A stretch of 53,426 bases of DNA, counting the filler, from Circinaria calcarea (taxonomy: Eukaryota): assembly GCA_051942165.1 (NCBI GenBank). It is 3 parts of 3 records of this genome, joined end to end, with 100 filler letters (N's around TTAATTAATTAA, not from the genome) between each part and the next. Parts side by side here need not be neighbours in the genome. Positions count along the whole stretch, not along the records: positions 1 to 17,783 come from JAVECS010000256.1; positions 17,884 to 35,608 come from JAVECS010000257.1; 1 more part is not named here. One strand, 5' to 3'. Made by a program: the position numbers and the translations under genes. The notes under the pieces are model-generated. The model had not been told where the DNA came from. It saw only the letters and a program-made list of their open reading frames with translations, and searched no databases. Each line of letters opens with the position of its first letter. The stretch's first letter is position 1. Below, piece by piece: positions 11,952-24,035 of the stretch.

Positions 11952-14453
11952 ATGTCTACCACTCCCGGGTCCATTCGCCAGCGAGGCGGACCCACCACGA
12001 AGAAAGCACCTCCACCACCTGCGCCCCTGGCTGTCCGAGATGATGACACCAATGGCTCCTTGAATAGCAATAAGAAAGCGGCGGGCATCACGGCGGAATG
12101 GGACTACAAGGTCGCCTTGGCCGTTATAACAGCTTTGGCCTTCGCGACGAGATTTTGGGGTATAGGGCACCCTGATGAGGTTGTATTTGATGAAGTGCAT
12201 TTTGGAAAGGTATGCTACATTTTGGGGGCCCTCGAACTGTCACTTTGCAGAAACTAGTGGATGAGGCTGATACGGGGGACTATGCACAGTTCGCATCATA
12301 CTACTTGCAACGGACATACTTCTTCGACGTGCATCCTCCGTTTGGCAAACTTCTCTTCGCCTTAATGGGTTGGTTCGTGGGTTATGACGGCCATTTCCTT
12401 TTCGACAACATCGGAGACTCTTATATCGACAACAGAGTGCCTTATGTTGCATTCCGTGCTATGCCAGCTCTGCTCGGTGCTCTCACTGTTCCTACTGTCT
12501 TCTTGATCATGTGGGAATCTGGGTATTCGGTGCCAGCTGCTGTAGTAGCCGCCGGCCTTGTACTCTTCGACAATGCCCACATTGGCCAAACACGTCTGAT
12601 TCTGTTGGACGCAACGCTAGTTTTTGCCATGTCACTCAGCGTACTTTGCTACGTCCGGTTCTATAAACTCCGGCATGAACCGTTTGGCCGAAAGTGGTGG
12701 AAGTGGCTTCTCTTAACGGGTGTCGCTCTTAGCTGTGTCATATCCACCAAATACGTCGGTGCCTTCACCTTCTTTTCAATTGGCTGCGCGGTAGTAATAG
12801 ATCTGTGGGGTCTTCTCGACATCAACAGGCGACAGGGGCCGTTGAGTCTTCCGGAATTTGGCAAACATTTTGGGGCACGCATCTTTGGTCTAATCATCGT
12901 CCCGTTTTTCTTCTACCTATTCTGGTTCCAGGTCCACTTTGCAATCCTCACGAGATCTGGACCGGGGGATGATTTCATGACACCAGAATTTCAGGAAACT
13001 CTGAGTGATAATATCATGACATTGCAGTCTGTCGGGATTGACTATTACGACAATATTGCAATCCGCCACAAGGAGACCAAGACCTATCTGCACAGTCATC
13101 CTGACAAGTATCCTTTACGATATGATGATGGAAGAGTCTCGAGTGCCGGACAGCAGGTTACTGGTTATCCTTTCAATGATACCAACAACCATTGGCAGAT
13201 CCTATCAGCAAAAGCATTCCCACAAAATGATTTGGTCGGGCATCACGTAAGGAATGGAGATCTCATCAGACTGCGGCACGTGGTCACGGACACAATTCTT
13301 CTGACTCACGATGTGGCTTCGCCATACTATCCTACAAACCAAGAGTTTACCACCGTATCCCGCGAAGACGCTGAAGGGGGACGGTTCAACGACACGCTCT
13401 TCGAGTTGAAGATTGAGCAGGGAAAAGAAAAGCAACCCTTCAAGAGCATGTCGGGACATTTCAAGCTTGTTCATTATCCTACAAAGGTCGCAATGTGGAC
13501 GCACACGAAACCATTGCCTGATTGGGCTTATAAACAAGCTGAGATTAACGGAAATAAGAATATTGCACAGTCTAGTAATGTATGGTACGTCGACGAGATA
13601 CCTTCCCTATCTCCCACTAGTGAGCGTCTGAAATTGGAGCCTCGAAAGGTCAAGCATGTACCATTCTTGAAGAAGTACTTTGAGCTTCAGCGAGCAATAT
13701 TCTTTCATAACAATGCTTTGACAAGCAGTCACCCTTATGCTAGTCATCCCATACAATGGCCTTTTCTTTTACGAGGAGTTAGCTTCTGGACCCAAAACGA
13801 GACCAGACGCCAGATCTATTTTCTGGGTAACCCGATAGGCTGGTGGCTAGCTAGTAGTCTCCTGGCAGTTTTCGCCGGCATCATAGGAGCCGACCAGGTC
13901 TCTCAACGGAGGGGCGTGGATGCATTGGATGAACGTAAGTCATGGTTCCTATATCAAATTTAATACTTTGATGGTGACTCTGAGCTAATTTGTTGAATTA
14001 GGGACTCGATCACGGCTTTACAACTCTACCGGCTTCTTCTTTCTCACTTGGGCCGCACATTATCTTCCGTTCTATCTCATGGGCCGACAGCTTTTCCTCC
14101 ACCATTACCTACCTGCCCATCTCGCTTCTGCCCTGGTTGCAGGGGCTTTACTCGAATTTATCTTCAACCTCGATCCTGTCGGTCTTGATGAGCCCAGCTA
14201 CGCTCCACCATCAGACGGCAAAGGTGGAAAGAAGAAAGGTAGCGTGGAAGCCAATAAGCGGAGCATGCCAGCAAGCGAAAGGATGGGTGGACAGAGCATG
14301 TTGGCAATGTGGGCGGCTGCCGGGGTGGTGCTAACTCTTACCATTGGTGGCTGGTATTTCTTCTTACCCCTAACATACGGAAAGCCAGGATTGGATGTCG
14401 CGCAAGTCAACGCACGTAAGTGGTTGGGGTATGATTTGCATTTTGCGAAATGA
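11952..14453 (+). CDS. PMT4: Dolichyl-phosphate-mannose:protein O-mannosyltransferase, PMT4 subfamily, 3 exons
   Basis: PDEVVFDEVHFGK|FASYYLQRTYFFDVHPPFGKL, MIR domains, HPYASHPIQWPFL, GRQLFLHHYLPAH, C-terminal LHFAK. Introns 12210-12289 and about 13935-14001. Confidence 0.95.
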
Positions 14454-14744
14454 AGCCTTCTCTTTCAAAAGTCCTCGGCTTGGTGCTCGTTGGCACATAT
14501 AGAACCGATGGGGATACTCCCTGTGAATTTATACTATAACTCAAACCATGCGCTCTATGGGACGGAGTAGTTTGTACAAGTCTCCTTTTGGTATTAGTGG
14601 CACAATATTTACGATGATCTACATAACGCCGTCTATCGCTTCTGCATGCCGGAAGCATCAAGAATATGAAGTTCCGCGTCCTAAGATCAAGCTTCCACGT
14701 CCGGTAGAATACATATAGCTAATAACCATCTTAACGGGCAACCT

Positions 14745-15178
14745 CTACTTCGCCTCATCCGCCATCTTCATTGTCAGGTATGCCTCCAGATCGAATTTTG
14801 GATCATTTGGGTCGGTGATAACTAGTGGCCTCCGAATTAGCATAACGGATCTGAATGGGACTATCATTTATCCAATTTCGCAGCTATGACTCAACGTCCG
14901 ATGTACTTACTGCCTCCACCAGCTGTCTTTTTGTCTGAAGGCATCGTTTTCTTTGTGAACTCCGCCTTTGCCTTCGCTATCAGAGATTGCTTTGCCTGGT
15001 ATTCCCGATTTATATCATTAAGCTTTTGTTGTGCGGTCAGGGAGGACTGATGGTAGAAACCGTAACAGACGCCAGCAAGGAGAGCGGAATAGCGCAGGAC
15101 CTGGAGCAATGTACGATTTAGATAGCTCCTAGAGCTAGCGGTGGGCTGACAACTCACATTGACGCCGGAGGACGCCAT
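14745..15178 (-). CDS. ATP21: Mitochondrial ATP synthase subunit e, 3 exons
   Basis: MASSGVN|VLRYSALLAGVCYGFYHQ...AKAKAEF...|ITDPNDPKFDLEAYL...EAK*, typical of fungal Atp21/Tim11. Confidence 0.9.
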
Positions 15179-15594
15179 GGCAACCTTTGCCCTTGGAGGT
15201 ATTGGGTAGTGGTTCGAGAGCCTTCCTGGCAGCGATTGAAGGATATCAGAGAGGCAGTCGCATGTAGACTATGAACCGTGCTCGATGTGGCGTATCGTAA
15301 TGTCAATTGAGGGCCTGTATGGCTATGTTATTGAGCTCCGATGAAAAGAAGAGGTTGATCTTCAAAGAATGAATGTAAAGGAAAGCTCGGACCAAGCGGA
15401 GGGTGCCAGTATAAACATTAGACTAATTGTTAGGTACGAAGTACATAAACGCCCATGGGCTCGCATGATCGCCACCAAACCCGGACAGCGACCTCTACTT
15501 GTTAGCAATTGGCCGACGATTGACCATTTCATCCTAAGCTAGGGGGAGTGATGCAAACCTGCTCTCCCTCATCGAATTAATCCGAGTCTCCATA

Positions 15595-17783
15595 ATGCAG
15601 CAGCGCAAGGATGAAATTCTTGCGAAGAAAGCGAGGCTCGCGGAGCTCAGGCGCCAAAAGGAATTGAGGCAGAGAGAGTTCACTCAGCGAGTGTCAACCC
15701 CAGAGGTATGTAAAGAAGCCAAGTGACTGGGTGTATGGTTGACCATGTTAAACATAGCTAGCAGCTCCGACACCTGCCCGAGGTGACGATCGAAAAGAAC
15801 TAGATAGCCTGGTATCAGGTTTACTGGGAGAAAGAAGCAGTAGCACTCGTCCGCCGGCTATCGAAACCACTCGTCCAAGCTCCGCTTCGAGCTCCAGCCA
15901 GCCTCGTGGTGGCAGCGCCGAGCATGCTGAACCACGCGCAGAGACTCCTTCGGTGGAAAAGACATCTATAGCAACGCAAACACTTTCCACGATACCAGTA
16001 TCAATAGTTTACGAGTTTACCCCAGCTCCCAAAATTGAAACGCCCTCGTACAGCGTCGGGATACAAACTACAGAGCCATGGTCTCACCAGCGGAGAGATA
16101 CATCCACAGATGGAGTCTCAGATTCGGATTATGATCAATTGCATGGAGTGATACGGACTCCAAAAGCAACCAAGCGCCTAAGCCGTAAGCAACGGGAGCG
16201 TGAAGATGAGCTTCGTCAACATCTTCGACAAGAAATCGAGGAGGAATTCAAGACTGCCAAAGGCTCTACGCCCAATGGGGCTGGTTCACAGGGTGCACAG
16301 AGCTTTCCAGTTCGAGCCCTGAATACTGAGGAGAAGAACGCTATTACGTCCTCAGAGGACTTTCAGGAGTTTATTGAAAGGTCTAGTAAAGTTATCGAAA
16401 AGGCATTCGACCAGCAATATGATATATTAACCGATTACGCCCTTGATGGCCTCGATGGATTGGATGAAGAGGAAGATGAAGGATACGTAAGCTCACGTGG
16501 GAAGAAAGGTAAAGGGATAAAGGAGATAGCTCAATTTTACGACGAAAGGTGGAGCAAAAAACGCACGATCAGCGACGTCAACTTCTCGCCAAAAGTTAGT
16601 CCGCCTTCTGTTGGAGCAACACTGTACGACGCTGACAACGGAATATCTAGTTTCCTGAGCTCCTCCTAGCATCGTATACCAAAAACCCCTCAGCATCCCA
16701 GGATCCCTCTGGTCTCCTCCATATCTGGAACCTCCATCTCCACTCCCGGCCTGAGTATACCTTTCATAACACGTCTGATGTCCTCACTGCAAACTTCTCA
16801 CCCTTTCATCCGTCTCTCATTCTCGGTGGTTCTTATAGCGGTCAAGTCCTCCTTTGGGATACCCGTTCACGATCTCCTCTACCCGTGCAAAAAACCCCCT
16901 TAACAGGTGCCAGTTCGGGTGGTCACGCCCACCCTATTTACAGTATAGAGGTTGTGGGTACCCAGAACGCAAACAACATCATCTCCTGCTCCACGGATGG
17001 CATTGTGTGTAGCTGGACTGTCGACATGCTTTCCCAACCACAAGAGTATCTTGAGCTCACTACTCCGCCCCCAAGCAAAACCGAGGACTTGAGTCCCACA
17101 TGCATGGCTTTCCCGCCATCGGATCCTACATCTTTCCTTGTCGGTACCGAAGAAGGCACCCTCTACTCTTGCCATCGGTATGATCGTGCCGGTGCTAAAG
17201 CGGGAGTTGATACCCGTATTCGCTACCGAGGTCATGCCGCCCCTGTTATGAGTGTGGATTTCCACCCCGCGCGGGGCCCACTTGATCTGAGCGATTTGGT
17301 CCTGACTACTTCCTTGGATTGGAGCGTCAAAGTCTGGAAAACCCGTGTGCCTTCTTCGGCCGCGGCCGCGGCTGCTGCGGCCACAGCCTCCTCTACTTCT
17401 GCAACGAGTACCTTCACTACCACCCTTGGCGCGATTCCCTCCAGCTCATCCTCCTCGCTCGTGCAAGACATCCTCCCTGTCCTGGACATCTCCCGCGAAG
17501 ACGTCGTCTACTCGGCCCGCTGGTCCCCGACACGGCCTTCGATCTTCGCCCTCGTCGATGGTGCCGGCTCCCTCGAGATCTGGGATTTGAACGCGGAGAC
17601 GGAAGTCCCTGTCGCGAAGGCCAGTCCTGATGCTCAGAAGAAAGTGTCCGGGTATGCGGCGAAGAGTCTGAACAAGGTGACGTGGGAGGGGAAGGAAGGG
17701 AGGAAGATTGGAGTTGGCGGCGCGTCGGGGGTCGTGAGTGTTTTTGAGGTTGTGCCAGCGCTGGGTGGGGAGGGGGAGAGCCG
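15595..17783 (+). CDS. PAC11: Cytoplasmic dynein intermediate chain, WD40 repeat; 3' end cut by the spacer
   Basis: N-terminus MQQRKDEILAKKARLAELRRQKE, TYSVGIQT-like light-chain site, DILTDY, WD40 segments (GTQNANNIISCSTDG, LVLTTSLDWSVKVW, WSPTRPSIFALVDGAG). Confidence 0.92.
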
Positions 17784-17883
17784 NNNNNNNNNNNNNNNNN
17801 NNNNNNNNNNNNNNNNNNNNNNNNNNNTTAATTAATTAANNNNNNNNNNNNNNNNNNNNNNNNNNNNNNNNNNNNNNNNNNNN
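17784..17883. other. Artificial contig-joining spacer N44-TTAATTAATTAA-N44
   Basis: Exactly 100 bp with a central 12-mer giving stop codons in all six frames; identical structure at 35609-35708. Confidence 0.97.
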
Positions 17884-18572
17884 TGGGAAAGGAGTTCCAA
17901 TCCATGCTTCTCTCACTGAGGCTTTCCCTGAACCCATTCTCCTCTGGCACAAGGTCGGATTTCTTTCTAGTATTCTTCGTCACGCCCCATTTACTCAGAT
18001 ACTTCTTATACGTGGTCACACTAGTCATGTCAGCTTGGCTTGAATTCTGACATACACATCACATACGATGCTGAGAAGCCATACTCCTTCTTCATAAATA
18101 TTCTTATTGCCTCGAGTGATTTCTTACAATAGAGCCCAGCGATAGTGTCGCGGTATCTCTCCCACTCCTCGGGGTCGATGCGCTGGCGAGTTGCTTTCCG
18201 CAACGTCGGACTTGGTGGTTGCTGGGGCATTGTTGTTCGCTCGACCGGGACTGGCATATCTGACCCCATTGGCCCTGCTGATTGCATTTGGGCTGTCCAA
18301 TCCGTTGTATTTGGGTCGCTCGAAATGGAACTTGATGAGGGGAGACTAAATATCGTCCCATGATCGTTTGCGGCACCAGACGAACAGCCTAGGTCTGCCG
18401 TGAAATCCCAGCGCTTTTGCGGCACCAAACAAGGAATTATGTGAGGCTGCCATCCTTCTGGCAAAAAATCAGACGAAACCCTTTCGGCTATTAGTGTCTC
18501 CGGGGCTTGAAGACTAGAGACGGTATCATCGTATGCATCGGAATCTATATACTTCTCGAATAATGAACCCAT
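17884..18572 (-). CDS. Clr5-domain protein, 3' end cut by the spacer
   Basis: IDPEEWERYRDTIAGLYCKKSLEAIRIFMKKEYGFSAS | intron | VTTYKKYLSKWGVTKN matches the Clr5 pattern (WE..R..I..LY...L..V...M...YGF.AS...YK..L.KWG..KN). Confidence 0.8.
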
Positions 18573-18686
18573 AATCTATATACGATCGCACTAACGTACT
18601 ATGTGAACGTAATCGATGGTAACAATGAGCTTCGGCTCTCGGCGGCGGTCATCGAAGGAGTTGTGGGAAGTCGAAAGATGAAAGAT

Positions 18687-18824
18687 CCTAAAGGTTCTTA
18701 AAGTTCCCTAAAGGCCCTTAAAGGGCGCTTAGGTCTAAGCCGAGCGACCGATGCTGTGTGACACCAAAACAGAAACGAGGCTACCGATCAGCGTGACAAA
18801 AGGACTCTAAAGGCTCTTAAAGGG
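18687..18824. repeat. Imperfect 10-bp tandem repeat CYTAAAGKYY (4 copies at 18687-18725, 2 at 18805-18824) upstream of the Clr5 gene
   Basis: cctaaaggtt/cttaaagttc/cctaaaggcc/cttaaaggg, then ctctaaaggctcttaaaggg. Confidence 0.7.
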
Positions 18825-19453
18825 TACCAAAGAGCCCGCTGATGTCATACCTACTCTTAGAAATGAAAGTCGGTACGGAGCTATCAGGAGACAGATTCTT
18901 TGATAGGACCAAATAATAGGCGGTGCTGCCAGAGCTTCAATCAGTTTACTGCGCCCCGATGAGATCACACTGTTGTTGTCTACCGCAATTTACACAGCGA
19001 AGGGCGGGCGAGCTCCATCATCCATGGCGATGCCTCTTCGCAAACGCCCTTTTTTGTTCCATTGGTAGGTAACTGCCAACGGGTTCCCCCGACGGTTCTT
19101 GTTATGTCCAAGATGGGTACCGCGCCTGCAGGGATCGCATGGTGTATCTGTGCAAAAAGGGCGAGCAAAGGGCCCCAGGTTGCAAAAGGTTACGAATACC
19201 TATGGGAAGTTATCAAAAGTCCCTCTTTTTAGTCGCTTGCAGTACCCCATCCTCGCGTAGTCAAATGCGTATATAGTCTCCCTTTCCCCCGTCTCCATTT
19301 GGTGCTTGGATCAGTCAAAAGCAATTCCGTTTGTCTTTCATAAATACCATTCGGTACTTAAACAGTCAAACCGATCTTTCTCCTTACCTATCAGTACTAC
19401 GGCCCTCATCGACCCGGACAAAGACCTATATATCCCCCTTACCTTTGACCGAG

Positions 19454-20134
19454 ATGGCCTACCCAAACCAAAGCTCCGATACATACACCTACCAAGAACC
19501 CTACTATCAGCAGTCGACAAATTCAGAGGTAAACGCCACCCCACACCTCCTATACATAGTACTAACTCTCATCCCTCCTGCTTAGACCCATCCATCCTCC
19601 GCCGAAGCCAGAGCCTACCAGTCCCCTTACTATCACGTCGACCGCTCCACCTGCTACACCCCCACATCCACCTCCTCTTCTGCCAGCACAGGGGCTTACC
19701 AGTCCGCCCATTACACTCAACTCTCTCCCTCATCCACCTACCCCCAATCTACCTCCTCTTCCTCCAGCACAGGGGCCCACCAGTCCCAATACTATCCGGT
19801 TGACCGCTCTGCCTATTACCATCTTCCTTCGTCCTCATCCACCACTTCTCACTCCAGCACCGGGGCCCACCAACCCCAGTACTACTCCCAAACCTCCTCC
19901 ACCTCCCCCTCTTCCTCGTTCCAATCCTACAACCCCATGCAACGTTTCGAAAACGAAAGCATGAGAGAGCAGCCCTGGAACGGAATTTCCGAGTTCCAAG
20001 CCATGGGGGAGCTGGCTAAGACGGAAAGAAAGGAGATGAGGAAAGAAGGGAAGAGGGATGGGACAGGAGGGAAGGGGTGGTCTTCTGCTACTGCGGAGAG
20101 GGGGAGCGGGAGTCGGAATCGAAGTGGGCGGTAA
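19454..20134 (+). CDS. Orphan 207-aa Ser/Tyr/Gln-rich protein with 4 imperfect internal repeats, 2 exons (19454-19528, 19586-20134)
   Basis: Intron 19529-19585 has GTAAAC donor, ACTAAC branch and TTAG acceptor. Spliced frame is open to TAA 20134 and absorbs ORF 19937-20134. Confidence 0.65.
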
Positions 20135-20389
20135 GGCGAGCGGTACGATGGAGGATGGGGGATGATGTTGAGATTAAGGGTAAAGGGCCGAAGGGCCGAA
20201 GGGGCGTTTCCTAGGGGTTGGGGGCGGGATGGGTGTTCTGGTCTCTGTCTGTGGGCGACCGGAGTTGAGAGGCAGCATGGATGGTTTGCTCGTTTGTTAT
20301 CTAAAGTGTAGTACAGGCGCCTTTTTCCGGGGGTCCAATTGATTTTCCCAGCGATCTCCGCAGGGATTCAATGAAGGCAGGTATTCTAG

Positions 20390-20780
20390 CTGGCTAGAAT
20401 AGCAGTATAATAATTACTTTAAAATTTGTTCCCGAGCAAAATATATAAAAGACCCCAAATTTATATACATATATTAAGCAGATTAAAATGTTTTTTTTTT
20501 CAGTTTTAAAAAGGTGGGGATATCTACTGTGGTCGCAGGCATATTATTTATTGAAATCATTCATTACCTCGTTGTACTTATAATAAGGGTTGTTTCCATC
20601 ATCGGATAAGGTATTTCCTTCTAGCCTAGCGGGGTCTCCTTTTTTAAACACAATGAAAGTCGTTTTCTTAATAAATCGAATGAAGGTGTATCTGTTGTCT
20701 TTTTTTGGTCGAGACCGGGAAAAACAAAAGGTCCAAAAAAGGGCGGAGGATCTGCGCAGGGGTGATATCATATGGTATGC
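20390..20780 (-). pseudogene. AT-rich, TpA-rich relic, possibly a RIP-degraded gene or transposon fragment
   Basis: Visible drop in GC. The minus frame of ORF 20544-20771 continues past isolated TAA/TAG stops, compatible with C-to-T decay. Origin not recognisable. Confidence 0.35.
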
Positions 20781-21454
20781 GCCCTTCGGATCCGTCCGCG
20801 CAGCCCGCCCATGCGCCGATCTAACCTTAGCTTGATGTAAGCTACCTTATGTACGGAGTACTGGACGAGCAGTTGGGGGATTGCAAGGGAAGAAAGATGG
20901 AGGTTGTGTCAATTTATCGAAATACTCGCCATCATGCGTCCAGAAGTCAACGACATTAGGATTTTTCTATTGTTCTTGCCTCTCGTTTATTGGACGGATG
21001 GGTTTCTTTTACCACAAGAACCGGCTGCTTTTCCTTACTTGCCGAGGCTAGAGTCAGACGCTATGCTCGTCCAAATTTCTTCCACTGAATTACCTAGACA
21101 TTTTAGAGTTGGGTCGTTGTCATGGGAAGTGGCAAGCATCATGCAGAAATAGTGATAGAATTGCTTGATTCTATCTATTTCTCAAAGGCAGGCTTCAAAA
21201 GGCCCAAGGCCTCGGTTAGCCAGCTAACCTGCTCCTTCCTTCGCATGATAGTCTTTCAGGTCCAGACAGGATGCCTACTCCAATCGCTTGCAACCTTGCG
21301 CTATCGCCATCCTCCCCTTCTGGTTTCACGCGGGGAACATAACTTGTGCTCATCTTTCAGCTTCTCAATCAGAAGCCTCGTCCGATAGGCTTCTCTGATT
21401 GTGAATTGGCCCTTTCTCAGAACTGTATCACGACCTTCTGAAGTTATTCACTTC

Positions 21455-21574
21455 CAGGGCCGCCAGTAGTCCAAACAGTCCAGTCCAGCGCCTGGGCTGA
21501 GACTGGCTTGATGGTCCAAAGGGTGGACTGGGACTGGTAGTTTAGTCCGAACTACTAGACTACTGGCGGCCCTA
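21455..21574. mobile_element. 120-bp MITE, hAT-like (terminal inverted repeats plus 8-bp TSD)
   Basis: Perfect 16-bp inverted repeat AGGGCCGCCAGTAGTC (21456) / GACTACTGGCGGCCCT (ends 21573). Flanks TTCACTTC (21447-21454) and TTCAATTC (21575-21582) match 7/8. Internal AGTCC/GGACT motifs. Confidence 0.82.
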
Positions 21575-22779
21575 TTCAATTCGCGTTACACCTTACGGAA
21601 GAGTGAGTGACAGGTGGAGGAAGGTTTTCTCGAGTGCTGTCTCGATGGTATATGCTTCGATGCTTCTTTGTATTTGACTCTGCTGTAGTTGCAGTATATA
21701 TCTTTAGGTTTTGCGATATTTTCCATGTCGAATAGTCCAGCCGAACCACGACGATTATGCCAAGTTAGATTTGTCTAGCTCGAGGAATTGGAACGTCATA
21801 GCCGTGGCTGAGCGACAAGAATAGGTGTGACGGTTTTTGCTCCAAGGGCTGACCGTTTGTTCACTGCAATAACCGGGAACACGTGGTACAGCTTCGAGAG
21901 TGTGAACTAGCTTTTGAGACGTTAGCATCTGCCAAGAACGGATTGGACGGCTTCAGGAGGCCCTGGACTGTACTGGAGTGTAAAGCTCATCATGGCATAT
22001 ACACGTTATTACCAAAGCGAAAACAATCGTATGATCATGGCGCTCTTGCCGGTTGACTTTTCTTTTTATTCTTCTGAAAACCCCAAGCCACTTCGAGAAT
22101 TGATCGGGATCGCGCAGAGAGGCACTATCATGACTTTGAAGAGTAAGGAATCAGTCAGCCCTGACATATCCTGCTTACGATCGGCACTTTAAAGGGGTCC
22201 ATGCATCTTCGGTCAACTCCGCGGGCTCTTCCGATTCGCTAGCTTTTGTCGATCTGGTCACGAATCATAAACCACCACATCAATTCCAACGGTACAGACA
22301 ACGGAGAGAATATCGTCTACCAGTTTAGCCACTGTTATCAAGGCTGCGTCAGCAACGCTCAACTTCATCTGTACATGCCGCAACATCTACCTTTAGAGAG
22401 TTATAGGTCACAGATTGGACTTGGTATAGTACTTAGCATAAGAACGCTCACAATACTTCTATCCAGCAGATAAGTCGTATATTATATTCGGAGGGATAGG
22501 GAATTATGCGCTTTCCTAGGCTTACCGCTGGGATGCAGTGGACCGCTTTCCCAATTTTCGCCACTGAGATATGCAGGCGAGGTCTACGAATTGCGGAAAA
22601 GGTAAAGTTCAAGGACATGTTGGGCTGTGTACTCACACACAGTATAGGCTTGCAGATTCGAAGAGAACTTCGACGGAAGCTGAGTGACATCTATGTGTCT
22701 GTCGGGTCTTGTTATGATTCTCATACGTTTACATAAGAAAGATGAATACATTTCTTTGTGTGGTTGTACCAATCTGTTT

Positions 22780-24035
22780 TTAAGAAGATAGAACGGTTTC
22801 TGGCCAATTGGGAAGAGTAAAGCCCTCCGTTTTCTCAACTATGCCCACACCGGCCATTTGGCTAGCAGCACCCTTCGAATCGATAATCTTAGCTGCAAAA
22901 CGCTCTAGCAACCTCATGAGCTCGTTCGGTCTTTCCAACTGAATCCAGTGTCCGCAGTCAAGCAGTTCAACTTGTAACTGAGGACACCACTCTGTCGATT
23001 TCATGATCTGCATGTCCGCGCGGGTAGCATAGTCAAGCTCCGATACAACCAACATTGTTGGAAGGGGGCATGATCTTTTCTCGGTCGGTACTGCATCCTC
23101 GTCTGCTGTGTTGACTCCTCGCATTGCAGCCTTGTACCAGCTTAGAGGCCCGCGGTAGCCACCTTTGGTTAGAATTTGATCCCGAACAGCGTACTCCTCA
23201 GCAGACACCCACGACGGCAGTGGTGTAGTCTTACCGCCGCCAACGAACGCTGCGGCTTTCCCTACAGGGCAGAAATCTGTCTTCCATAATTCAGGATCAC
23301 TTGGGTAGAGCAATGAAAAGACAGAAGCTGGCTGCAGATAGATTAGGGTTAGTTGAGGTAGCTTAAAAATGACAAATAGGAATTAACATACATCTTTGTC
23401 ACAAGACTTGACGGCATCCTCGGTATTGTGCCACGGCCAGTACCCATACGTTGCATAGCCGAAAAGATTTTGGGTGAGCTCGATGAACATATCTATTTTG
23501 TTAAGACATCTCATGGGAGCACGAAGAGAGGAACGTACCGATGTCCCACACAAGTCCTGGTTCCAAATAAGATACCGACAGTGGCACGATTCCGTAGAAT
23601 CTATCGGCATGGTATGTTGCGAGACGGGACATCAAACCAACGCCCCTAAACACAAGGAAACCTAATCAGCTCTTTCCCAAACCTCGTGGGTAAGAAACCA
23701 TACCAATCATGCGCAACGGCAATGCAGCACTGAATACTTTCTATATCAAGCAACTCGATCATGTGTCCAGACATTGCTTTCATGCGATATGCTCCAACAT
23801 CGTTCGGCTTATCTGTATCGCCATAGCCCAGGAGATCAGGCGCAATGAGGCCGTACCCGGCACTCTGGAGTCCACTGATTTGATGGCGCCAGTCGTAGCT
23901 TGATGAAGGGTAGCCATGCAGCAAGAGGAAATTGGGCTTGGTTGCCGCCGAAGGTGCGACATGCACATATCCATAAGTTGTTCCATCTGAAAGAGCTACC
24001 TTCTTGGCGAGCGATGGGAATGCAATAGACGCCAT
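22780..24035 (-). CDS. Alpha/beta-fold soluble epoxide hydrolase-like protein, about 363 aa, 4 exons (24035-23704, 23645-23539, 23492-23392, 23331-22780)
   Basis: HGYP oxyanion motif, nucleophile AHDWG (spliced), candidate lid tyrosines YGYW and LSWYKA, acid ELDYA, catalytic GHWIQLERP. Confidence 0.88.

Noticed and set aside
17828..17839. TTAATTAATTAA as a biological palindrome or regulatory site
   Set aside because: Centred between exact N44 runs twice; it is an assembly linker.
19306..19803. 165-aa His/Pro/Leu-rich ORF
   Set aside because: Alternative frame of the C-rich repeat exon; the spliced 19454-20134 model has an ATG and canonical splice signals.
21455..21574. CRISPR-like or terminator reading of the AGTCC/GGACT repeats
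   Set aside because: Eukaryotic DNA with no regular repeat-spacer units; TIR plus TSD structure explains it as a MITE.
23343..23352. TTAGGGTTAG telomere-like sequence
   Set aside because: It is the reverse complement of the CTAAC branch-point region of a hydrolase intron.
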